Numbered from the stretch's first letter, positions 18,002 through 35,312 are shown. The stretch: DNA of 64,000 nucleotides from an uncultured Holophagales bacterium (GCA_963842525.1 CAWJGT010000034.1:512001-576000); one strand, 5' to 3'. Notes: generated from the sequence alone by a model not told the origin. Program-made: numbers and translations.

Positions 18002-18156
18002 CGGGGTTCTCCTTTCTAACCGCTAAAGTTCCCCCGAAACATACAACCGGCGACCCGCTTTTGCATCCCCCGCCCTGCATAGCATCTGAGGCCGAAGGCC
18101 GATGCCCTGGGTTCACGGGCGCCACCTCCCGGCGGCCTGAAAGGCCGCGAGAGTCT

Positions 18157-18609
18157 TCAGTCCCACACGTAGCGCTCGTCAAATTCGATTTCATAAGCCT
18201 TGAGGAACGCACGGAGCTCCTCTTGAAACGACTTGACTCGATGATGCTCGCGCTGGTTGCGGATGTAGGCTCGAACGTCTTCGACCTGCGATTGGCTCAC
18301 CGAGAATGCACCGAATCCCGCCTGCCAAAAGAAGCTCGCAAACTGCGGGCCTCGGCCCCGAAGCCAGTCGTTCGAGCTTTTCTTGAGGTGGCCGACAACG
18401 TCGCTCAGCGCCTCGGTCCGTGCGAGGAGAAACAGACCGTGCAAATGGTCGGGCTCGGTGTTGATTTCGATCGGGAGACAGCCGAGGCCTTTGAGCGTGC
18501 CGCCCATGTAGGCATGGAGATCGGGGCGAATCTCGTCAGGCAGGGTTCGTTCGCGGTCCTTCGTCGAGAAGATGAGATGGACGTAGATTTTGGAGAGGGA
18601 TTGAGCCAT
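18157..18609 (-). CDS. tnpA: Y1 HUH transposase, copy 2
   Basis: Near-identical to 15696-16148. Confidence 0.92.
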   Translation of the reverse strand: MAQSLSKIYVHLIFSTKDRERTLPDEIRPDLHAYMGGTLKGLGCLPIEINTEPDHLHGLFLLARTEALSDVVGHLKKSSNDWLRGRGPQFASFFWQAGFGAFSVSQSQVEDVRAYIRNQREHHRVKSFQEELRAFLKAYEIEFDERYVWD

Positions 18610-18779
18610 GGCGCCGGTGACTCCAGCACCTGTCTGCGGATCTGTCAAGCGGGAGCTCTCGCGGCCTTTCAGGCCGCCCGGAGGTGGTGCCCGTTGACCC
18701 AGGGCATCGGCCTTCGGCCTCAGCCCTGGGCTAGATTCTCCCGGCCCGTTGGGCCGGCGGCCGGTTTTGTTAGGCGCTC

Positions 18780-18940
18780 TAAGCTGGGCTGGCGGTCCGC
18801 CACGATCAAATCGCGGGAAGGCCACGCCGTAAGGTAGCTGATGCTCGCATGTCTCCAAGTCACAAGATGGCAGCTCAAGCCTTCCGAGAGCAGCGGCACC
18901 TCGAAAGAGCTACGGCGCCGGTTCCACCACCCATGGGTTA
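18780..18940 (-). pseudogene. Permuted PIN gene fragments between cassette copies 2 and 3
   Basis: THGWWNRRRSSFEV...SISYLTAWPSRDLIVADRQ; a diverged copy of 16331-16481. Confidence 0.7.
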
Positions 18941-19682
18941 GAGCGCCTAACAAAACCGGCCCAACGGGCCGGGAGAGCATAGCCCAGGGCTGAGGCCGAA
19001 GGCCGATGCCCTGGGTTCACGGGCGCCACCTCCCGGCGGCCTGAAAGGCCGCGAGAGTCTTCAGTCCCACACGTAGCGCTCGTCAAATTCGATTTCATAA
19101 GCCTTGAGAAACGCACGGAGCTCCTCTTGAAACGACTTGACTCGATGATGCTCGCGCTGGTTGCGGATGTAGGCTCGAACGTCTTCGACCTGCGATTGGC
19201 TCACCGAGAATGCACCGAATCCCGCCTGCCAAAAGAAGCTCGCAAACTGCGGGCCTCGGCTCCGAAGCCAGTCGTTCGAGCTTTTCTTGAGGTGGCCGAC
19301 AACCTCGCTCAGCGACTCAGTCCGTGCGAGGAGAAAGAGACCGTGCAAATGGTCGGGCTCGGTGTTGATTTCGATCGGGAGACAGCCGAGGCCTTTGAGC
19401 GTGCCGCCCATATAGGCATGGAGATCGGGGCGAATCTCGGCAGGCAGGGTTCGTTCGCGTTCCTTCGTCGAGAAAATGAGATGGACGTAGATTTTGGAGA
19501 GGATTGAGCCATGACGCCGGTGACTCCAGCACCTGTCTGCGGAGCTGTCAAGCGGGAGCTCTCGCGGCCTTTCAGGCCGCCCGGAGGTGGCGCCCGTTGA
19601 CCCAGGGCATCGGCCTTCGGCCTCAGCCCTGGGCTAGATTCTCCCGGCCCGTTGGGCCGGCAACCGGTTTTGTCAGGCGCTC
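18941..19682. mobile_element. TIR-bounded REP-tnpA cassette, copy 3
   Basis: Same TIRs; flanked by a TTA direct repeat (18938-18940 and 19683-19685). Confidence 0.85.
19061..19512 (-). pseudogene. tnpA: Y1 HUH transposase, copy 3, with a 1-nt deletion near 19500
   Basis: 452 nt versus 453 nt; GGAGAGGATT here versus GGAGAGGGATT in the other copies (could be a read error). Confidence 0.8.
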
Positions 19683-19734
19683 TTAGCTGCTGTCGGCCCG
19701 CGAGTAAATGCGTGGCACTTGAGGGGGAGCACTT

Positions 19735-19903
19735 GAGGGAGGTTGTCGAGCGAGGTAGCGCCCCCGCGAGATCGTGGGAAGACGCGGTCCACATGGAAGG
19801 TCGCGCCCTGCCCGACCTGGAGGAGGCCACAATAGAGGCACCGATCGGCGTCGCGACGCTGCACCTCGCGGCGCAGGGCTCTTGGGATGGACGATCGGCT
19901 CAT
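19735..19903 (-). pseudogene. Truncated HNH endonuclease
   Basis: MSRSSIPRALRREVQRRDADRCLYC...FHVDRVFPRSRGGATSLDNL, after which similarity is lost; the catalytic DH reads DR. Confidence 0.7.
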
Positions 19904-19933
19904 GCGGCAGGGGAGCCATGATAGATTCCAAGT

Positions 19934-20410
19934 ATGACTCTGGAGGAGGCCAAAGCGATTCTCGCCGCGCTCGTCCGCGAGCACGTTGAGTTCGTGGTCA
20001 TCGGCTCGATGGCGATGGCAGCCCAAGGTCTCCCCCGCGCGACCCACGACCTCGACCTGTTCGTCTCGCCGAAGATCGAGAATCTGGAGGCCCTCAAGCG
20101 GGCGCTCCGCGGCCTGTTCAACGACCCGAACGTCGATCAGATCGATCCCGGGGAGCTGGCCGGGGACTACCCGGCCGTGGAATATACCCCTCCGCACAGC
20201 CACTACTCGATGGACATCCTCACCCGGCTCGGAGAGGCCTTCACGTGGCAGGATCTCGCCGCCAATTGCGACGAGATCGAGCTGGGAGACCTGCTCGTCC
20301 AGGTCGCCAATCCAAAGATGCTTTATCGTATGAAGAAAGACACCGTTCGGCCACAAGACCGTGCCGATGCCGCCCGGATTCGTGAAGCCTTCGGTCTGGG
20401 AGACGAATGA
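19934..20410 (+). CDS. Nucleotidyltransferase-superfamily protein (DUF6036/AbiEii-like)
   Basis: FVVIGSMAMAAQGLPRATHDLDL and MKKDTVRPQDRAD. Confidence 0.8.
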   Translation: MTLEEAKAILAALVREHVEFVVIGSMAMAAQGLPRATHDLDLFVSPKIENLEALKRALRGLFNDPNVDQIDPGELAGDYPAVEYTPPHSHYSMDILTRLGEAFTWQDLAANCDEIELGDLLVQVANPKMLYRMKKDTVRPQDRADAARIREAFGLGDE

Positions 20411-20631
20411 TGCCGATCCGCAAGTTCCGCTCGGTGACCGAGATGCCCGGAGTCCGGCCGCTTCGGCCGCTCGATCCGGACAACCTCCGCATCGCGTGTG
20501 AGCTGACCGAGTTGAGCTTCGCGCTCCACCCCTGGAGGAACGAGCCCGGCGTCCGCAAATTCCGCTCGCTGGCGGAGGCCAACCGGCATCGCCAGGAGTG
20601 GGAGAAGAAACAAGTGCGCAGTCCGCATTGA
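20407..20631 (+). CDS. Small hypothetical protein coupled to the nucleotidyltransferase
   Basis: ATGA overlap; internal repeat IRKFRS / VRKFRS. Confidence 0.65.
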   Translation: MMPIRKFRSVTEMPGVRPLRPLDPDNLRIACELTELSFALHPWRNEPGVRKFRSLAEANRHRQEWEKKQVRSPH

Positions 20632-20634
20632 CCG

Positions 20635-22305
20635 TTACGCCAGCTCCGCCCACGGCCCCGGACCAACGCCGATCTGCGCCCGCCCGCCTCTACCCCAGGG
20701 CCACGGCCTGCGGCGCAAAGAGCGAGACGACTCCGATTCGTAGGTCATTGCATCGGTGGCCTGTCCGTCAAGGCTTTCGACCAGGGAGCGCGAGGCCACG
20801 CGCAGGAATTGCGAGAGCTGCTCCTGCGTGAAGCCGTGCGCCATCAGGTAGCCGATCGACCAGAGGTCGAAGCCGTGCAGCGGCAGCACACTGGACTCCG
20901 CGATGGTGCGGTAGCCCTCTTCGACGATCTCGGAGGCTCGCCGCCAGTCCATGGTCGCGTGCTTCCAGGAGTAAGCGTTGCCGGTGAGGTTGAATTCGGC
21001 CGCCTTCTGGCCGATCGGGACTTTCTTGTCGTAGAAGAAGGTCTCGAAGCTATAGAAGGTCGGGCTCGTCTCGCGGACGAAGTTGAGCGTGTTCTGCGCG
21101 CTTTCCTCGGTCTCGCCGGGATGGCCGATGATGAACGAGGCATAGGTTATGATCCCCTGCTCGTGCAGCTTCTTGAGGCCGTAGGCGTACTTCTCGGGGG
21201 TCGCCCCCTTGTTCATGGTGCGCAGAACCTTCTTGTCCGCCGATTCGATGCCCAGGAAGACCCCCTTGCAGCCCGCCTTCGCCAGGAGATCGAAGGACTC
21301 GTCGTCGGCGTTGGCGCAACGGAAATAGGAGAACCACTGGAAGTCGTAGCGGTTGCGGATCATCATCCGGCACACTTCCTTGAACCGCGGCTCGGGGATG
21401 TTGAAGGTATCGTCGATGATCAGCAGATGGGTGGCGCCGATCGATTTCAGATAATTCAGCTCGTGCTCGAGCACATTGAGGCTGGTCAGATCGAGCGCTC
21501 CCGCGACGACCGGGTAGCGGCAGAATGAGCACTTGAAAGCGCAACTCCGGGCCGTGCGGATCTGGACGACGGGGGCGAGGAAGCCCCGGGAGAAGGAGAT
21601 CCAGTCGACCGCTTCAGCGTCCATGTCGTTGTTTTCGACCTCGCGCGGCGTCCGCCGGAAGGTCTTCTGGTCGGTGGTGTAGGTCAGGTTCGGGATCGTG
21701 TCCAGCGCCGGGCTCGCCTTCCGCAGCTCGGCGCAGATCCGCGCCAGGGTGAGCTCGCCTTGCGAGTCGAAAACATAGATATCCGCCCCCATGGCCTGGA
21801 ACTGCTTGTCCTGCCCCCCCTCCGGAAAATCCGAGCAGACATTAAAGATGTGGGGGCCTCCCACCACAATTTTCGTATCGCGGTTACGACTGCGGACGAA
21901 GTCCACGATCTCACGGACCGGCCCGGCATCGAAGTAGTACGTAGTCGTGATCGCGACCGTGCTCGGCGACTCGTCGAGGAGCTGTGCGAGCAGATCCTTG
22001 TCGTCATTGAAGAAGTTAACCACCTCGGCGTTCAAGCCGCGGCGGCGCAGGAAGCTCGCCAGGTAACAGGCGCCGAGGTTGGGTACCTTGGCGACGTTGT
22101 AGGAGGCAGGCTTGCCCGTCGCGAGCTCCAAGGCGTGATTGAAGAGCGCGGGGTATTTCACGCGCCGGCCGTTGAGGGGGACCGTGTTGGCGAGGAGGTG
22201 CCGGTAGGTGCCCGAGAAATCCTTGTAGGCGGCCGCCTGCTCAACGAGCTCGGCGATGGAGACGTCGTTGTACCCTACTACCACGCAGTCGAGATGAGCG
22301 CCCAT
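20635..22305 (-). CDS. Cobalamin-dependent (class B) radical SAM methyltransferase, PhpK-like
   Basis: B12-binding region (YLASFL, AITTTYY, IVVGGP), CAFKCSFC, IDDTFN, FLGIES, FIIGHPGET; RBS AGGAGG. The extreme C-terminus may be frameshifted. Confidence 0.88.
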   Translation of the reverse strand: MGAHLDCVVVGYNDVSIAELVEQAAAYKDFSGTYRHLLANTVPLNGRRVKYPALFNHALELATGKPASYNVAKVPNLGACYLASFLRRRGLNAEVVNFFNDDKDLLAQLLDESPSTVAITTTYYFDAGPVREIVDFVRSRNRDTKIVVGGPHIFNVCSDFPEGGQDKQFQAMGADIYVFDSQGELTLARICAELRKASPALDTIPNLTYTTDQKTFRRTPREVENNDMDAEAVDWISFSRGFLAPVVQIRTARSCAFKCSFCRYPVVAGALDLTSLNVLEHELNYLKSIGATHLLIIDDTFNIPEPRFKEVCRMMIRNRYDFQWFSYFRCANADDESFDLLAKAGCKGVFLGIESADKKVLRTMNKGATPEKYAYGLKKLHEQGIITYASFIIGHPGETEESAQNTLNFVRETSPTFYSFETFFYDKKVPIGQKAAEFNLTGNAYSWKHATMDWRRASEIVEEGYRTIAESSVLPLHGFDLWSIGYLMAHGFTQEQLSQFLRVASRSLVESLDGQATDAMTYESESSRSLRRRPWPWGRGGRAQIGVGPGPWAELA

Positions 22306-22421
22306 TCAAACCTCCTACAATAGTTACGCTTGCGCCTTGCGGGCAAACACACAGGCGGTCAGGCCAGTATGCACGAAGAGAAAAGGCGCGGCAAGGAAGT
22401 GAGTCGCTCCGGCGGGAGCTT

Positions 22422-30698
<8,277 letters not shown>

Positions 30699-30725
<27 letters not shown>

Positions 30726-30830
30726 CTCGCTTTTAAAACCTTTAAACCTAACGCGAAAAACACAAAGTCTCCACGGCCCCCCGCGTAAGGTCAGTATATA
30801 GAAGTGCGACGGAGGCTTGAGGGCGGACAG
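30699..30830 (-). promoter_or_regulatory. Promoter/5' leader of NRPS-2, duplicate of 10324-10455; divergent from the single-module NRPS
   Basis: Direct sequence comparison; minus-strand TATACT. Confidence 0.7.
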
Positions 30831-30875
30831 TAGCCCGCCGGCGGCCCGGATCGTCTTTGACCCACCGCCGACCCC

Positions 30876-33800
30876 ATGCGAAGCTGTCTGGTCATGGGAA
30901 CCCTGACGGAACGACCCACCTGCACGCTGCCCCGACAAACCGTGCGACCTGGTGTGACGGCGCTTCAGGAGGAAACGGTCCGTCCGCTCTCCTTCGCCCA
31001 GGAGCGGATGTGGCTCCTCGGCCAGATCGATCCCGGCGCGGCAACCTACAACCTCTTCCACACCGTCGACATCTCGGGCCCGCTCGCCCCCGCCCTCCTC
31101 GCCCGCTCGCTCGACGAGGTGGTCCGCCGGCACCAGACCCTGCGCACCACCTTCGCCGCGCCAGGCGGCGCGCCGGAGCCCGTCGTCGCCCCCGCCGTGC
31201 GCCGGCCGCTGCCGCTCGTCGACCTCGCCGGCCTTCCGGAGCCGTCGTGGAGGCCCGAGGTCGCGCGCCTCTCCACCGAGGAGCGGCGGCGCCCGTTCGA
31301 CCTCGCGGCGGAGCCTCTCTTCCGCGTCGCTCTCGTGCGCCTCTCGGCGGGCCGGCACGCCGGGCTCCTCACCGCCCATCCCATCGTCTTCGACGGCGGA
31401 TCGAGCCTCGTTCTCTGGCGAGAGGTCGCAGCGCTCTACGAGGCCTTCGCCGCGGGACGGCCGTCGCCGCTCCCCGAGCTCCCCTTGCAGTACGCCGGCT
31501 ATGCGCTCTGGCAGAGGCTGCACCTCGCGGGCGATACGCTCGCCGGCGAGGTCGATCCCTGGCGGCGCGAGCTCGCCCCGCCGCTTCCCGTCCTGCGATT
31601 GCCGGCCGACTTCGACCGCGCCTCGGCGCATGGGTTCCTCGCCGGCGAGGTCTACCGCGTGCTGCCGGCGCCGCTCGCTGCGGCCCTCCGCGAGTTGGGC
31701 GGCCGGTGCGGGGCGACGCTCTCTTCGACCCTCCTGGCTGCCTGGGCCGCCGTCCTCGGGCGCACCGGCGGCGAGGAGGACCTTCTCGTCGGCACGCCGA
31801 TCGAGAGCCGCCGCCCGGAGGCCGAGGGGCTGATCGGTCCCTTCCGCAACACCCTGGTCCTCCGCGCCCGCCCGCGGCTCGACCGAGGTTACGGCCCGCT
31901 CGTCGACGAGGTCCGGCAGGCGGCGGCCACCGCCGCGCACCAGGACCTGCCGCTCGAGATGCTCCTCACGGCCCTGGGCCTGCCGCGCGACCCGCGCCGC
32001 GCGCCGCCGTTCCAGGTCATGTTCCTCCTCCGGAGCCAGCCGGCGCCGCGGCTCTCCTTCGCGGGCCTCCGGATCGCCGTCTCGCCTCCCGATCCCGCGG
32101 CGGACCTGGCGGGGGAGGTCTTCGAGCTCGGCCTTATCGCCGAAGAGATCGCCGAAGAGAGGTCCGATCCCCGCGGCGAGGGAGATGGCGGTGGCCATGG
32201 CAACGGCGATATTGGGCTGCGGCTCGCCTACGACGCCCTCCTGTTCACCGAGGTGACGGCGGCGCGCCTCCTCGACCACTTGGCGGCCTTCCTCGCCGCC
32301 GCGCTCGCCGCGCCGGAGCGGCCGCTCGCCGAGCTCCCCCTCCTCTCGACGTCCGAGCGCCGCCAGCTCCTCGCCTGGAGCGACGGCGGCGAGCACGGCG
32401 AGGACGGCCAAGCTGGGGCCCAGCCGCCGCTGGCCCATCACGCCTTCCTCGCCCAGGCGGCGCGCACGCCCGGCGCGCCGGCCATTTTCGCCGCGGGTGC
32501 CGAGGGTCGGGAGGTCTCTTATGGCGAGCTCGCACGCCTCGCGCGAGGCCTGGCGCGCCGGCTCATCGCCCAGGGGATCGGCCCGGAGAGCCGGGTGGCG
32601 ATCGCCCTCGAGCGCTCGCCGCGCATGGTCGCCGCCGTCTTTGCCGTGCTCGCCGCGGGAGGAGCCTACGTGCCGCTCGACCCGGCGAGCCCGGTCGAGC
32701 GCCTGGCCGTCATCCTCAGCGATGTCAGCGGTATCAGCGGCGTCGGGCGGGACACCGGCCAGGACGTCGGGCGCAGTGGGCGCGGCGCCGTCGCTGCGGC
32801 GCTCCTCACCGGCGGCGGGCACGCGGCGGCGCGCGAGGCGGCCAGGCGCGCCGGCCTGCCCGTCGTCGACCTCGACGAGATCTGGCCGGCCCTCGAGGCC
32901 GAGCCGGCGCCGACGGGAGAGCCGGCGAGCGACCCGACGATTGACCCGACGATTGGGGACGGCCACGAGGGCCTCGCCTACGTCATCTACACCTCGGGCT
33001 CGACCGGCGCGCCCAAGGGGGCGATGATCCGCCACGGCGGGCTCGCGAGCTACGTCTCCGCGACGCTACGGGACTTGACGCTCACCCCCTCCGACCGCAT
33101 GCTGCAGTTCGCCTCCCTCTCCGTCGACGCCAGCGTCGAGGAGATCTTCTGCTGCCTGGCGAGCGGCGCGGCGCTGATCCTCCGCAACGACGCGATGCTC
33201 GCAGGGGCGCCGGCCTTCCTGGGCGCCTGCGCGAGCTGGGGGGTGACCGTCTGCGACCTGCCCACCGTCTTCTGGCAAGAGCTGGTCGACCGGGTCGACG
33301 CCGGCGAGGCCGCCTGGCCGCCATCCCTCCGCCTCCTCGTCTTCGGCGGCGAGCGGGCGCTCCCCGAACGCGTCGCGCGCCTGCGCCGTCAGCTCGGCCC
33401 CGCGGTGCGGGTGATCAACTCCTACGGGCCGACGGAGGTCACCGTCGCCGCCACCTCGCACGCCGTCCAGGGCGAGCCGGACGGCCCGCCGCGCCCGCTC
33501 CGCGAGCTCCGCGAGTTCCCTATTGGCCGGCCGCTGCCGGGCGCCCGCGCCTACGTCCTGGACGGCGCGCGCGAGCTCTGCCCGCCGGGGATCCCCGGCG
33601 AGATCGCGATCGGTGGCGAGAGCCTCGCCCGCGGCTATCTCGGGCGCCCGGACCTGACCGCCAGCACCTTCCTTCCCGACCCCTTCGCGGGCCGCTCCGG
33701 CGCGCGGATGTACACGACCGGCGATTTGGCGCGCCATCTTCTGGATGGAGGGGGTCTGGATGGAGGGGAGGCCGGCGCGCTCGAGTACCTCGGCCGCATC

Positions 33801-34397
33801 GACCGCCAGGTCAAGTTGCGCGGCTTCCGCATCGAGCTGGCGGAGATCGAGGGGGTGCTCGCGCAGCACCCGGCGGTCGCCGAGGCGGCCGTGGGGATCG
33901 ACGAGCGGCGCGCCGGCGAGCGCGCGCTGGTCGCCTGGTGGGCGGCGCGGCCGGGGGAGGGCGCCACGGCGGCCGAGCTCCGCGGATTCTTGAAAGAGCG
34001 CCTCCCCGAGCCGGCGGTGCCGTCGCTCTTCGCCCTGCTTCCCGTCTTGCCGCGGAACGCGAGCGGCAAGCTCGACCGCCGGGCTCTTCCGATCCCCAAG
34101 CTCGACGCGACCTCGGCCGGCTGCTACGAAGCGCCGGCGACGCCGGCCGAGGAGGCGGTGGCATACGTCTGGCGCGACGTCCTGGGCGTCCCGCGCGTCG
34201 GGCGGAAGGACGACTTCTTCGCCCTGGGCGGCCGCTCGCTCCTCCTCCCTCGTGTCCGCCATCGCCTGGAGCAGGAGCTCGGCGTCCACCTGTCGCTCGC
34301 GAGCCTCCTTGAGCGGACGACCGCCGCGGCGCTCGCCCTGGCCGCCGAGGAGCTCCTCTTGGACGAGCTCGAGCGCGAGCTAGCGGCGGCCCGGTGA
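30876..34397 (+). CDS. Single-module NRPS C*-A-PCP with degenerate C active site (start codon uncertain)
   Basis: LSFAQERMW, TAHPIVFDGGS, YTSGSTGAPKG, ASGKLDRRAL, FFALGGRSLL. Confidence 0.9.
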   Translation: MRSCLVMGTLTERPTCTLPRQTVRPGVTALQEETVRPLSFAQERMWLLGQIDPGAATYNLFHTVDISGPLAPALLARSLDEVVRRHQTLRTTFAAPGGAPEPVVAPAVRRPLPLVDLAGLPEPSWRPEVARLSTEERRRPFDLAAEPLFRVALVRLSAGRHAGLLTAHPIVFDGGSSLVLWREVAALYEAFAAGRPSPLPELPLQYAGYALWQRLHLAGDTLAGEVDPWRRELAPPLPVLRLPADFDRASAHGFLAGEVYRVLPAPLAAALRELGGRCGATLSSTLLAAWAAVLGRTGGEEDLLVGTPIESRRPEAEGLIGPFRNTLVLRARPRLDRGYGPLVDEVRQAAATAAHQDLPLEMLLTALGLPRDPRRAPPFQVMFLLRSQPAPRLSFAGLRIAVSPPDPAADLAGEVFELGLIAEEIAEERSDPRGEGDGGGHGNGDIGLRLAYDALLFTEVTAARLLDHLAAFLAAALAAPERPLAELPLLSTSERRQLLAWSDGGEHGEDGQAGAQPPLAHHAFLAQAARTPGAPAIFAAGAEGREVSYGELARLARGLARRLIAQGIGPESRVAIALERSPRMVAAVFAVLAAGGAYVPLDPASPVERLAVILSDVSGISGVGRDTGQDVGRSGRGAVAAALLTGGGHAAAREAARRAGLPVVDLDEIWPALEAEPAPTGEPASDPTIDPTIGDGHEGLAYVIYTSGSTGAPKGAMIRHGGLASYVSATLRDLTLTPSDRMLQFASLSVDASVEEIFCCLASGAALILRNDAMLAGAPAFLGACASWGVTVCDLPTVFWQELVDRVDAGEAAWPPSLRLLVFGGERALPERVARLRRQLGPAVRVINSYGPTEVTVAATSHAVQGEPDGPPRPLRELREFPIGRPLPGARAYVLDGARELCPPGIPGEIAIGGESLARGYLGRPDLTASTFLPDPFAGRSGARMYTTGDLARHLLDGGGLDGGEAGALEYLGRIDRQVKLRGFRIELAEIEGVLAQHPAVAEAAVGIDERRAGERALVAWWAARPGEGATAAELRGFLKERLPEPAVPSLFALLPVLPRNASGKLDRRALPIPKLDATSAGCYEAPATPAEEAVAYVWRDVLGVPRVGRKDDFFALGGRSLLLPRVRHRLEQELGVHLSLASLLERTTAAALALAAEELLLDELERELAAAR

Positions 34398-34499
34398 GGC
34401 CTGGCGGGCGGCGGGGGCGGCGGCCGCCGCAGGTGGGGGTGTGAGCGAGCCCATGGGTTGGGCTGCTGCGAGAGGTGTAGAATGACTGCGAGGTGAGCC

Positions 34500-34758
34500 A
34501 TGGAAGCGACTCTCGACCAACTCGGCAGGATCGAGCTCCCCGAGGAGCTTCCGTGACGATCTAGGGCTATCGGCCGGAACTGTGCTGACCATTGAAGAGA
34601 GGAGCGGCGGCATCCTCCTGAAGCCGGTCGGCAGCCGAGCAGGTCTGGTCCGCAAGGAAGGGGTCCTCGTGTTCGCCGGAGAAGCCGAAGAGGACCTCGC
34701 CCTGGCGGTGCAGAGGGACCGAGACGAGCGGTCGCGCAAGGTGGCCGGCCTCGGATGA
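34500..34758 (+). CDS. AbrB/MazE/SpoVT antitoxin with an apparent +1 frameshift near 34551
   Basis: Removing one base gives MEATLDQLGRIELPEELRDDLGLSAGTVLTIEERSGGILLKP...; ATGA overlap with the PIN gene. Confidence 0.75.
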
Positions 34759-35192
34759 GGTTCTTTTTCGATACCTCCGTCCTGGTTGCCGCCCTCTTTG
34801 AAGGGCATGCTTTCCATCGCCAGGCTTTTCCCTGGCTGAAGCGTGCCCGCGAGCGCGAATTCTCCTTCCTCGTGGCGACCCATACGTTGGCCGAGCTGTA
34901 TTCGGCACTGACGAGTTTGCCGGTCAAGCCGAAGATCACTCCTGGTGCGGCTCAAGAGTTGATTCACGAGAATGTGGAGACCGTAGCGGAAATGGTTTCT
35001 CTGTCTCCAGCCGATTATTCGCTGACGCTTCAGCGAGTTGCGGAGCTTGGACTGCCGGGCAGCGTTGTCTATGATGCCCTCCTGGCGCGAGCCGCCGAGA
35101 AGTCGGCAGCGGACCGGCTGCTCACGTTCAACGTCAAGGACTTTCGGCGCGTCTGGCCTTCTGGAACTTCGGTTCTTTTCGTTCCCGAGTAG
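34755..35192 (+). CDS. vapC: PIN-domain toxin
   Basis: FFDTSVLVA, TLAELY, YDALLA, LLTFNVKDF. Confidence 0.88.
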   Translation: MRFFFDTSVLVAALFEGHAFHRQAFPWLKRAREREFSFLVATHTLAELYSALTSLPVKPKITPGAAQELIHENVETVAEMVSLSPADYSLTLQRVAELGLPGSVVYDALLARAAEKSAADRLLTFNVKDFRRVWPSGTSVLFVPE

Positions 35193-35312
35193 CCGCCGGA
35201 GGGATGTGAGCGGCGGCGCGACGAGGAGGTGGGAGTCCGCCTCAATGCGATCCTGAGCTGGCGGCGGCCCGCTGAGGGGATGCGTAGGCCAGTCCATGCT
35301 CCAGCCGGATCT

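Larger units (their letters stand above)
16533..18085 (-). mobile_element. IS110-family (IS1111-like layout) insertion sequence in a REP, CT core
   Basis: Empty site in copies 1 and 3 is GCCCAGGG-CT-GAGG. Here CT flanks both ends; imperfect subterminal IR CTATG(T/C)..GG; long 3' non-coding end. Confidence 0.9.
16482..18779. mobile_element. TIR-bounded REP-tnpA cassette, copy 2, interrupted by IS110
   Basis: Same TIRs (left one slightly degenerate), TTA/TAA flanks; the REP is split at the CT at 16531-16532 / 18086-18087. Confidence 0.85.
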
